A DNA stretch of 64,000 nucleotides from a virus: the IMG/VR virus record IMGVR_UViG_3300029288_006769, positions 186,367-250,366 of that record. One strand, given 5' to 3'. The position numbers were made by a program, and so were the translations under genes. Positions within the stretch are counted from its first letter, which is position 1. Each line of letters opens with the position of its first letter. A model generated the notes under the pieces. It made no database searches, was not told where the DNA came from, and was given only the letters and a program-made list of their open reading frames with translations. Of this stretch, positions 45,998 to 54,693 are shown in pieces.

Positions 45998-47283
45998 TTT
46001 ACCTCATTCAAAAGAAATTCAATTGTTTTTTCGTTCAAAGCAGCTGTCCGCATCAATTCGAATTGTTGTTTATTAGTTTTTAGTTCTTCCTTGATTTTTG
46101 TCTGACGATCAACATCATGTTTAAGCATACTTGAAATTTGCATTGCATAGGTAACAATTTCATCATCTGTCACCAATATCCCAAAATCTTTTGCAACCTG
46201 TTCGAGTACTAAAGCAGCTTTAATAGACTCTATAGAACGTTGTGTATAATGATCAAAGAAACCCTCTTTAGAAACTTTTTCTTTTGCAATCTGTTCTTCA
46301 GTTTTTCCAATGCGTTTTAAAAACGCATTCCATTCTTTTTCATTTTCTCGATCTATCATTACTTTGGGTATTGGTGTGATATTCGAATTATTGATAACAG
46401 ATAACAGCACTTGCTTTTTAAAAGTTTCTTTTGCATTATTCTCTTTCTCTTCAGCAAATTTAAGTCTTAAATTTTCTTCATACAATTTGATTGTGTCAAA
46501 CCCTTTTGATTTTGCAAATTGTTCATTATATTCAGGAATTATTTTGTCTTTGATTGCTTTAAGAGTAACAGTAAAAATAGCTTTTTTACCAGCTAGTGTT
46601 GTTTCTCTATAATTTGTCGGGAATGTTACAAATATTTGTCTTGTCTCTTCTTTCTTCATCCCAATGAGCTGATCTTCAAAATTGTCTATAAATTGTTTTT
46701 GTCCATTTATGATTTCATTTATTTTTATCTGATAACCTTTAGCAACACCACCCTTAAAAGGCGTTGCTTCACCTTCAAGTCTGCCTTCGAAATCGATTAC
46801 AGCAATATCAAAATTTTCTAATGATTCTTTTTCAGAATCAAGTATGATTTCGCTTTTCTTTACTTCCATTGTTATCTTATCTCTAAATTCATTTTCTGTC
46901 AGTATAGATTCGGGCTTTTCGATCTTGATTGCGTTTAGAACTGGTAAGCTGATCAAAGGTTTTATTTCAGCAACAAATTCGATAGTAAAAGATGATTTTT
47001 TCTTTAAATCACCAAAAAATTTAAAATCAGCAGAAGAAACAATATTGGGTTCTACATTCACAATGTCATGAAAAATTTGATCAACCATAGGTTTATAAAG
47101 TCGTTCAATTCTTAAACGACTTTCAGCAACATCCCGAGGAACATTTCCTTTTCTGAAACCTGGAATCTCTATATTACTTTTTACTTTGTCATAGCATTCT
47201 TTTTTTCTTGTTTCAACATCATCGGGGTCTAATGTCACAATGTATTTCACTGGTGCAGGCATTGCTTCTGTTTTAATGTTCAT
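45994..47283 (-). CDS. tig: trigger factor (ribosome-associated chaperone/PPIase) homolog
   Basis: ribosome-binding signature GFRKGNVP near residue 40, central FKBP-like PPIase region (GG..KG...I..I..G..FI..FE..L.G....ET....V.FP..Y....LAGK.A.F.V.L), 429 aa as in bacterial TF. Confidence 0.8.
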   Translation of the reverse strand: MNIKTEAMPAPVKYIVTLDPDDVETRKKECYDKVKSNIEIPGFRKGNVPRDVAESRLRIERLYKPMVDQIFHDIVNVEPNIVSSADFKFFGDLKKKSSFTIEFVAEIKPLISLPVLNAIKIEKPESILTENEFRDKITMEVKKSEIILDSEKESLENFDIAVIDFEGRLEGEATPFKGGVAKGYQIKINEIINGQKQFIDNFEDQLIGMKKEETRQIFVTFPTNYRETTLAGKKAIFTVTLKAIKDKIIPEYNEQFAKSKGFDTIKLYEENLRLKFAEEKENNAKETFKKQVLLSVINNSNITPIPKVMIDRENEKEWNAFLKRIGKTEEQIAKEKVSKEGFFDHYTQRSIESIKAALVLEQVAKDFGILVTDDEIVTYAMQISSMLKHDVDRQTKIKEELKTNKQQFELMRTAALNEKTIEFLLNEVK

Positions 47284-48734
47284 TATTCCTCCTTGTCTTT
47301 TTCTACAATGGTTGAAGGACCTTCATCGACACGTGAATCATATTTGAATCTCATAATATCAAATTCTTTAATGAAAAACAATTTTGTAAGTTGAGAATCT
47401 CTTGTTTTAGGGAAATAGAGACATGCTGTTTCTTTATCTCCTGTTATACCTATCATGTTGTCAGTGTTATGGCCCAATTTATCTGAAAAAGCAGCATCCA
47501 TAGAATCAACTTCTTTTCCATGCAAATGCCTTTTATGGGATTCTCTATTAAACTGACTTGCTGCAATTATTGGCAATTCTCTACCGCGAGCAAGTAATTT
47601 CAAATCCCATGAAATTACTCCTACAGGATCATCTGTTTTACGTTCACTTGGTGTCATCAGATAAATAGGATCTATGATTAAAAGATGAGCTTTCTTGCTA
47701 GTAACATTTTCAAATGCTGTTATTCTAGAATCAATAAACTGGCTATTACAATTTTGAGGTGCATCAATAAACCATAGAAAATTATCATGTTCTTCTTTTG
47801 TCTTTTTCAACTTACGTTCTAGTAGTTCTACTTCTTCATCGCTCATTAAATGAGGTAGTTTTATTTTATTATATGAAATTTTTGTGATTAAAGAAGTGAA
47901 ACGTGCTCTTTGTTGAGCCATAGGCATTTCAATAGTTACATAAATGACATTATAATTTAATTTGTAAGCATTGTATGCAAAATTCAAAAGCAGAATTGAT
48001 TTTCCCATTCCTGGACGTCCAAGAACTAGAGAAAATTCACCAGGTTGCCAACCACCTGTAGCTTGATCAATTTTTTTATAACCTGTTGGTATTCCTTGAT
48101 ATTTCGAAGGATTTTCGCGTCGTTCCTTTATTTCAGCAACATCTCTTGAAATGTCATGGAGCACATCTTCTTCTAGAACTTTATATTTACCAGTTGTGAG
48201 TAGAATTTTGTTTACAGAATCTTGTATGTTTTGAGCCAATGCCATGGCTTCGTGTTTTTCATCAATAAAATCTTGTTTTAATTGTTCGTTTATTTTAAGA
48301 TTTATGTTGAGAAGATCTCTATAGAAAAATTTCTCTCTCAATTTATCAAACATAGGTTTGAAAGATTTTGCTTCAAACCTATATGAAAAAATCTTTTCAA
48401 GAACTACTTTCTTTTGTTCATATTCTTCAGCTTGCTTATATTTTGCTTTTAATTCATCAAACAAAAAACTCTTTGAGACGCACTCGGAAAAAGAAACAAA
48501 ATTATCTAATAGTTTGCTGAACATCCATTGCTTAAAATCCGACGTAAAAATTTCTTTAGGCAAACCTAAAAATGTAACATAAGAAAGATTCGAATTAATT
48601 TCATCTATGTCTGCTTTATTGTCAAATTCATTGTCAAAAACCAAAAGACGCAATACTTTACATTCAAGTACTACATCGATAAATGGTTTTTGTCCATTGT
48701 CAGTTTGTGTATCAGTTTTTTTTCTTGTTATCAT
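47283..48734 (-). CDS. dnaB: DnaB-family replicative helicase
   Basis: Walker A LVLGRPGMGKS and the RecA-like C-terminal domain. Confidence 0.85.
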   Translation of the reverse strand: MITRKKTDTQTDNGQKPFIDVVLECKVLRLLVFDNEFDNKADIDEINSNLSYVTFLGLPKEIFTSDFKQWMFSKLLDNFVSFSECVSKSFLFDELKAKYKQAEEYEQKKVVLEKIFSYRFEAKSFKPMFDKLREKFFYRDLLNINLKINEQLKQDFIDEKHEAMALAQNIQDSVNKILLTTGKYKVLEEDVLHDISRDVAEIKERRENPSKYQGIPTGYKKIDQATGGWQPGEFSLVLGRPGMGKSILLLNFAYNAYKLNYNVIYVTIEMPMAQQRARFTSLITKISYNKIKLPHLMSDEEVELLERKLKKTKEEHDNFLWFIDAPQNCNSQFIDSRITAFENVTSKKAHLLIIDPIYLMTPSERKTDDPVGVISWDLKLLARGRELPIIAASQFNRESHKRHLHGKEVDSMDAAFSDKLGHNTDNMIGITGDKETACLYFPKTRDSQLTKLFFIKEFDIMRFKYDSRVDEGPSTIVEKDKEE

Positions 48735-49489
48735 AGTCTATCCAGTAAAGATTCCCCAATTATATTTCTATAATCTTCCCCCAATAACTTGACTTCTATT
48801 AAACGCTCTTTGAAATTTGAATAAAGAGCTTCTCCCAACAGGTCTTTATTTGTTTCTAAAGGATGATTTGCTGTTATGATAGTACATAGATCTGAATCAT
48901 CACGTTTAGTAAAAATTTCATCTATATTTGCTCGTTCAGCATCATTTATTTGACTAAATAATCTTCCAATATCGTCAATTACGAAGAACTTGCAATTGTT
49001 CACGACATAAGTAAAGTAAGCTTTTTTATCCTCGTTTTTCCAACCTGCTCTTACAAACTCAATTATTTCTGCAGATCTACTAAAGAAAGCCGAATAATAA
49101 TGTTCAATAGCGATTTTTAAAATGATTATTGCTATTGCTGTTTTGCCTACTCCATGCGACCCGGAAATATAAAGTCCAATTCCTTCTTGAGCAGCTTTAT
49201 CAACTGAATTTATGTATTTCTCAATTTTTTTAATCTGGTCTATATTCGATTCTATAGTTTCTACTTTATTACGTATAGTCTCAAGATCAAATTTAAAATA
49301 TTTTTCAGGTATATTAGCAAGCAAAAAATTCTTTTCGAAAAAATCATCAACAGAACTATAAAAATCTAACCTTTCAACAATTTTTTCATTTCCAAACTTA
49401 GAAATATCTACCATGTGATGAAAATGCGACCAGAATTCATGCCTTCGTGGACTTTCTTGTTTTTTTCTAGAAATCATTGTTGAATCCAT
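48731..49489 (-). CDS. AAA+ helicase loader (DnaC/IstB-like)
   Basis: Walker A SGSHGVGKT and Walker B FFVIDDIG; ATGA overlap with dnaB. Confidence 0.65.
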   Translation of the reverse strand: MDSTMISRKKQESPRRHEFWSHFHHMVDISKFGNEKIVERLDFYSSVDDFFEKNFLLANIPEKYFKFDLETIRNKVETIESNIDQIKKIEKYINSVDKAAQEGIGLYISGSHGVGKTAIAIIILKIAIEHYYSAFFSRSAEIIEFVRAGWKNEDKKAYFTYVVNNCKFFVIDDIGRLFSQINDAERANIDEIFTKRDDSDLCTIITANHPLETNKDLLGEALYSNFKERLIEVKLLGEDYRNIIGESLLDRL

Positions 49490-50361
49490 TCAAAATCTTT
49501 TTTTATCTCTTGTTCTCGTCCATTGTCAATCAATATTTTGCAACCTAAAGCGTACAATCTATTAAGACCTTTAAAATCTTTCATTTTTAAATATGCTTGA
49601 TATGCTTTATTATCTTGAATCTGTCCTGAGGCAATCTTAATTGCTAATTGCTTATTACTTTCTTCAAATTCTTGTTTATATTGTTTCAAATTCAAGGTTT
49701 TAGCATCTTCTTTCTCACTTGTCTTGTCTGATCTCTCTTCCTTGATTCTTCTCATAATTCCATGAATATATGAGGCCGGCTTTTTTGCATAATAACTGGT
49801 AACATAGACATCACAAGTTTTTTCCAAAACAATTTGAGGTACATCAAAAAATGGATCAGTCAAATCTTTAATGTCTTGAAGTTCTACTTTTCCTTTTTCT
49901 CCATATAAAAATTTGACATGTCCAGAGATAAGTTCAGCAATTTTTTCTGATAGTCTTGGGTTCGTGAAACTAGAAACTATTCTATAGATATATTTGTCGA
50001 GATAATCTGTATTACTTCTTTTCCTTCTAATCTTTATTGCATCATCTGTAAGTGTGACTTTAAATTTGTCATTTGTCCCAAGTATAGTCCCAATACCCAA
50101 TTCGTAAGCATTCTGACCGTATGTTCTTTTGACTAGATTCCAGTAGCTTAATTCGCCCCAAGCATATTCAACTCTTTCTTTGTCATCAGAAACAAGAACA
50201 TGTTTTTGAAACACAGACGAAGGTATAGAAATGTCATTGCCCTTAACTTTATTATCAAAATAAAAAAAACAAAAACGTAATAAAGTACAAAAACTATCAG
50301 GACTTAGCAATTTCAAATATTGCTCAAGGAACTCTCTGGGTATTGTTTCCTGAACTTGCAT
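49474..50361 (-). CDS. hypothetical replication-module protein (possibly DnaD-like initiator)
   Basis: position upstream of the loader and helicase; no firm motif. Confidence 0.4.
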   Translation of the reverse strand: MQVQETIPREFLEQYLKLLSPDSFCTLLRFCFFYFDNKVKGNDISIPSSVFQKHVLVSDDKERVEYAWGELSYWNLVKRTYGQNAYELGIGTILGTNDKFKVTLTDDAIKIRRKRSNTDYLDKYIYRIVSSFTNPRLSEKIAELISGHVKFLYGEKGKVELQDIKDLTDPFFDVPQIVLEKTCDVYVTSYYAKKPASYIHGIMRRIKEERSDKTSEKEDAKTLNLKQYKQEFEESNKQLAIKIASGQIQDNKAYQAYLKMKDFKGLNRLYALGCKILIDNGREQEIKKDFEWIQQ

Positions 50362-50375
50362 GTTATTTTATAATA

Positions 50376-50657
50376 TTAATTGTACCCAAGTTTACTTTTT
50401 ATGTAACTTCGTAAATCTATCTCTTGGGCACCTAAAGAAATTGCTTGTTGTCTTTTTGACTGCACAAGATCATAATGAGGGAAATTACGTTTATTTTGAA
50501 ACCATGAACGTCTTAAACCTAATTTACCAGCAAATTCATGCAACTCTTGCACATCATCTGCAAATAAATGGCACCATTTTACGTGCGTGCCATATCTTTG
50601 GGCAATTTGACTGATTTGTTCTTTTATATAGGATGTTGGTTTGTCTACATATATCAT
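50376..50657 (-). CDS. DUF4031-like protein
   Basis: HLFADDVQELHEFAGKLGLRRSWFQ...HYDL pattern. Confidence 0.5.
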   Translation of the reverse strand: MIYVDKPTSYIKEQISQIAQRYGTHVKWCHLFADDVQELHEFAGKLGLRRSWFQNKRNFPHYDLVQSKRQQAISLGAQEIDLRSYIKSKLGYN

Positions 50658-50658
50658 A

Positions 50659-50994
50659 TTACGTAAGGTCTGTCACTCCATCGCCAAATAAAGCAGCTTG
50701 AGTGAATGTATCACCCTTGTCATCATGATAATATAAAATTGTCCCGTCAGGAAATTTATCCGTTTCTATAGGATCAATCCCTACAGCACAAGACTCGACA
50801 TCGAATTTGATAACCCAAGTCTTTAAAGAATCATCATGTTTTGAAACAGTAGTATGAACAAGTCCAACGGATTTACAAGAATCTATTCTCCCATTACTTG
50901 CAATATCTATAATTCTAAGTAATGCGGTGGAAATAATAGAAATCGCTTGTTTGTCAGAAATGTTTGAGGACTTTGAATCTTGGTTCTGATTCAT
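50659..50994 (-). CDS. hypothetical protein
   Basis: 111 aa. Confidence 0.4.
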   Translation of the reverse strand: MNQNQDSKSSNISDKQAISIISTALLRIIDIASNGRIDSCKSVGLVHTTVSKHDDSLKTWVIKFDVESCAVGIDPIETDKFPDGTILYYHDDKGDTFTQAALFGDGVTDLT

Positions 50995-53896
50995 AAATTT
51001 GCATTCGTTTCTTTGAATGACCAGTCAGATATCGTATTCTATCATAAAAATCAACTATTATGGCTTCTTTTTTTTCATTATTTTCAGCTGAAGGATAAGG
51101 TCTTAATGTTCTACCTACACGTTGCAATGACTTGATTAATGATTTGCCCCCACCTGCCATAATAGCAGAACCCAGAGCAGGTATGTCTACACCTTCGTCT
51201 GCCACAGTGTTATGACAAAGAATGCCTTGACCACTAAAAAAATTCTCGCTTTCTTCAACAGAGATGTCATAGACGACATCTCTGTCATAAACTTGCTCTT
51301 CAGTTCTTATGATAGGTAAAATATAGAATTGTCCTTCAATTTCATCTCTCAAATAAGATCTAGAACCCATTTTAACATGTCTACCAAGACCAAACAGATT
51401 GCCTACAACAGAAACTCTAAAAGCATAATTTCTCGTGATAATATCTTTTTGATTTCTTGGTTTTAAATCTGGTGGTACTACACTGTACTTAATTTTATTA
51501 AAACCATTTGCTAGTAGAATGCCTACAACACCATCTGTTAATTCTTTGCTTACAGAACCAAAAACAAATTGATGATCACCATCAAAACTTCCATCTGTTA
51601 AAAAATACCCATATAAAAAAGCCATTTGAATTTGTGTATTACTATTAAAAATATAGTTAGGTACTTTTTTTGTCAATGCTTTACCTATAACTCCTAAAAT
51701 ATCTCTAAATAACATAGAAATAAGTTGACCTCCGAAACAACATCCTCGTCCAGGAGTGACAACAACATCAAGAGATGGAAATAGCAACTTTAAATTTTTC
51801 ACCATTAAATCTACTGTATTTGCTTTTCTACTCTTTGCATTCTTATAAACAAAATGTTCATTAGGTTTTGCTGACAAAAAAAGCCTCCAAGAAGCATTAA
51901 CAGCTCCATCACCAATCAACATTCCACAGATTTCGCTTAGTTCTTTAGAATTATCTAAAAACAGGGGCAAAGAAAATTTTTTCCTACTTCTTCTCCAGTT
52001 GATTGTTGCACTTATTTTCTTATAATCTTTAAACAATAAAATTTTCTCAAAAGTAGTTCTGAATTTACCCTTATAAAATTTTACGTTCTCATTAAACCAC
52101 AAGACAAATGCTTTGTAATACAAAGACTTATTCTCTAATCTTTTCCCAATTTTATAATGAATTTTCTTGTCAAGAAGATTCATTAGATACTTATATTCAG
52201 ATTTTATTTTCCTAATATTTGCTTGTGTTAAATTCAGATTGATTTCTTTTTGATTTCGATCAAGCCAGATTTCAACCTTTCTGTTTTTTAATCTAGAAAA
52301 TTCTTTTACTAAATCAAATTGTTTAATTTTTTTTGAATTTAAGGGCAAATTTGTTGCTACAATAACAGTATTACCTTGTTTAGGCTCTACTTTTTTTTGC
52401 CTATTATCTTCTAATGTAATTAAAGAATGATTTGATGTTACACTTACACATCTTGTCGTTCCAACAGTTGTTCTAAGTATTGGCACATGTTTTTCGTGTC
52501 TAACTACATGAGTAATTTTCTTCCAACAAATTTTATTTTGCCAAAAAGATAATGTTTGAAATTCTGCTTCTATTTGAGTATTCAATGATGTCTCTACAAA
52601 TTCACCTATTCTTATCAAGCTTATTTTTTTGTTTTGATCTTTTATCCAAATAAATTCATCATAAGGCAAACTTGAGCCAACAAGTACCTGAAGTTGCTTT
52701 GTGCGCACTTTATTTAAAAGGTCTTTTCGCATCTCTCCATTAACTTCACCTTGTATAAAAGCAACAGAACCTACTCCCGCCTTGGCTAGCCTCTCACATA
52801 ATATGTCTCCATGTGGTAACCTGGTGACTGTAATCAACACAGACTTGCCTAACTCAAGTAATCGTAGAGTACTATCTATAATCATTTCATTACGAAGGTC
52901 ATTATTGACAATATACTCTTCATATATATTTCTGAAAGACTTTCTGACATATTTGTATTTTGGATGCTCATTAGGATCTAACATATAGATCCAAGGTTGA
53001 ACAAGATATCCTTTATCTATCAAGAAAGATGCACTTATATTGCAAATCTGTCTACCCGAATAAGCATCTAGAACTTTATCTATTGATTTATCACGGTATG
53101 GGGTCGCACTTAACGAATACCTAAAATATGCTGACTGCATTAATTGCATCATTTGAATATAGACAGGCGCAGTAGCGCGGTGACATTCATCACTTATTAC
53201 GACTTCAGCTTCTTGAACGACTTTTCTAATTTCATGTTTTCTTTCAAGAACATGTTTCGAAATTTTTTCTTTAAACATGTTTTCTTCATCAATAGCACTA
53301 TACTTCAAATCAAATGCACTATGTAATGTCTGAACTGTACATACATTGATTTGACGTATATCACAATATCCACCGCCTATTTTCCCGACTTTGATCTTGA
53401 ACATATTCTCAAATTCATCAGCTGTTTGTTCAAGCAAGTCAATAGAATAGACAATAAAAAGAGTTTTCAAATTAAGTTGAGCTACTATTGCTGCAGCAAT
53501 TACTGTTTTTCCACCACCAGTAGCTACTTTTATGACGCCTCGTTCAGCTTTTATTGCACTATGTACAACTTCTTCTTGATAATCTCTTAACTTCTTTGCG
53601 TGCATTTGTAAGGGATCACCAATAGACGGAATAATACGAGTATCAAGTACATCGAAAGAAAAATGACATTCTGATAAAATTCTATCAAGGGTAGAGTAGA
53701 GCCCGGTAGGATAGCGTAATCTCTCACGTTCAAATAATGGAATTTCGAGTTCAAAAGTTTCTTTTCTGAAATTTGAATACTCTTCTCGACTATAAGACAT
53801 TTCTGATTCAATACGTCGAATCAGTTCTGTATTCAGTTTAACATTGGGTTTAAGATGGGTCCATGTATTGTCAATAACAATTTCAAAATCAGCCAT
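50954..53896 (-). CDS. UvsW-like SF2 DNA helicase interrupted by an intein
   Basis: Walker A VATGGGKT, DECH box, motif VI QRVGRTLR; motif V is split as VLVGS / TVADEGVDIP by a 488-aa insert; extein about 492 aa. Confidence 0.8.
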   Translation of the reverse strand: MADFEIVIDNTWTHLKPNVKLNTELIRRIESEMSYSREEYSNFRKETFELEIPLFERERLRYPTGLYSTLDRILSECHFSFDVLDTRIIPSIGDPLQMHAKKLRDYQEEVVHSAIKAERGVIKVATGGGKTVIAAAIVAQLNLKTLFIVYSIDLLEQTADEFENMFKIKVGKIGGGYCDIRQINVCTVQTLHSAFDLKYSAIDEENMFKEKISKHVLERKHEIRKVVQEAEVVISDECHRATAPVYIQMMQLMQSAYFRYSLSATPYRDKSIDKVLDAYSGRQICNISASFLIDKGYLVQPWIYMLDPNEHPKYKYVRKSFRNIYEEYIVNNDLRNEMIIDSTLRLLELGKSVLITVTRLPHGDILCERLAKAGVGSVAFIQGEVNGEMRKDLLNKVRTKQLQVLVGSSLPYDEFIWIKDQNKKISLIRIGEFVETSLNTQIEAEFQTLSFWQNKICWKKITHVVRHEKHVPILRTTVGTTRCVSVTSNHSLITLEDNRQKKVEPKQGNTVIVATNLPLNSKKIKQFDLVKEFSRLKNRKVEIWLDRNQKEINLNLTQANIRKIKSEYKYLMNLLDKKIHYKIGKRLENKSLYYKAFVLWFNENVKFYKGKFRTTFEKILLFKDYKKISATINWRRSRKKFSLPLFLDNSKELSEICGMLIGDGAVNASWRLFLSAKPNEHFVYKNAKSRKANTVDLMVKNLKLLFPSLDVVVTPGRGCCFGGQLISMLFRDILGVIGKALTKKVPNYIFNSNTQIQMAFLYGYFLTDGSFDGDHQFVFGSVSKELTDGVVGILLANGFNKIKYSVVPPDLKPRNQKDIITRNYAFRVSVVGNLFGLGRHVKMGSRSYLRDEIEGQFYILPIIRTEEQVYDRDVVYDISVEESENFFSGQGILCHNTVADEGVDIPALGSAIMAGGGKSLIKSLQRVGRTLRPYPSAENNEKKEAIIVDFYDRIRYLTGHSKKRMQIYESEPRFKVLKHF
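51209..52672 (-). mobile_element. intein with LAGLIDADG homing endonuclease domain, within the helicase gene
   Basis: begins SLPYDEFIWI (block A), block B VTSNHSL, LAGLIDADG motifs ICGMLIGDGAV and LYGYFLTDGSF, ends ILCHN followed by Thr+1; coordinates approximate to a few nt. Confidence 0.7.
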
Positions 53897-54686
53897 GGAT
53901 TTTCAAAGCTTTCCACCATGATTCATTTTCTTTATACCATTCAATTGTATCTGTAAGCCCAGCACTCATGTCGATAATAGGTGACCATCCATACAATTTA
54001 TTTAGCTTTGAAAAATCCATAAAACAGGGTTCTATTAATTCTTGTTTAAATTCTAACTTCTGTTTAGGTATTTGCAAATATTCCATTATAAATAGAGCTA
54101 TATCGATATCTTTTATTTCGTTGCCACCACCAAATTCGTAAGATTCACCGATCTTGCCATAATGAATTAAAGTCTCTAAACATCTACAACTATCTAAAAC
54201 ACTTGTCCAATCTCTTATTCTTTCTGTCACACAAAGATTCTCGCCTTCAAGCGCATTAGTAATTAAATTAGGAACTAATTCTGATGGGTGCTGGAAATAT
54301 CCATAATTATTGGATAATTTCAACACCATCGCTGGGACAATAGTTGCTTCTAAAGCAAGTTTATCAAGTTCTTGTTGTTCTGCAATCTGTAAATATTTTT
54401 TGACTTTATATTTCTTCAGTACATCCAACAAAACTGTTGTTCTGATCGCATCATCAGCAAAATAAACAATAATATCGACTCTAAACCAAAATTTGAAGAA
54501 CTTTGAGAAATCTCTAGTATCTACAACATAGGAATAGAATCTGTTATTCTTAATTTCTTCAAAATTCCTCTTATCAGCTTCTGGTTTGTCAATACAAATA
54601 ACATTATAATTGATATATTTATCAAGCAAGTGTTGCACAAAATTTGTGCCAATAAATCCAGAACCATCAACGACTAGTATGTCCAT
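53889..54686 (-). CDS. truncated NAD-dependent epimerase/dehydratase (RfbB-like) lacking the catalytic core
   Basis: Rossmann start ILVVDGSGFIGTNF and the RfbB-like segment NNYGYFQHPSELVPNLITNAL, but only 265 aa with no STDEVYG or YxxxK motifs. Confidence 0.55.
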   Translation of the reverse strand: MDILVVDGSGFIGTNFVQHLLDKYINYNVICIDKPEADKRNFEEIKNNRFYSYVVDTRDFSKFFKFWFRVDIIVYFADDAIRTTVLLDVLKKYKVKKYLQIAEQQELDKLALEATIVPAMVLKLSNNYGYFQHPSELVPNLITNALEGENLCVTERIRDWTSVLDSCRCLETLIHYGKIGESYEFGGGNEIKDIDIALFIMEYLQIPKQKLEFKQELIEPCFMDFSKLNKLYGWSPIIDMSAGLTDTIEWYKENESWWKALKIHG

Positions 54687-54693
54687 TTGAGCC

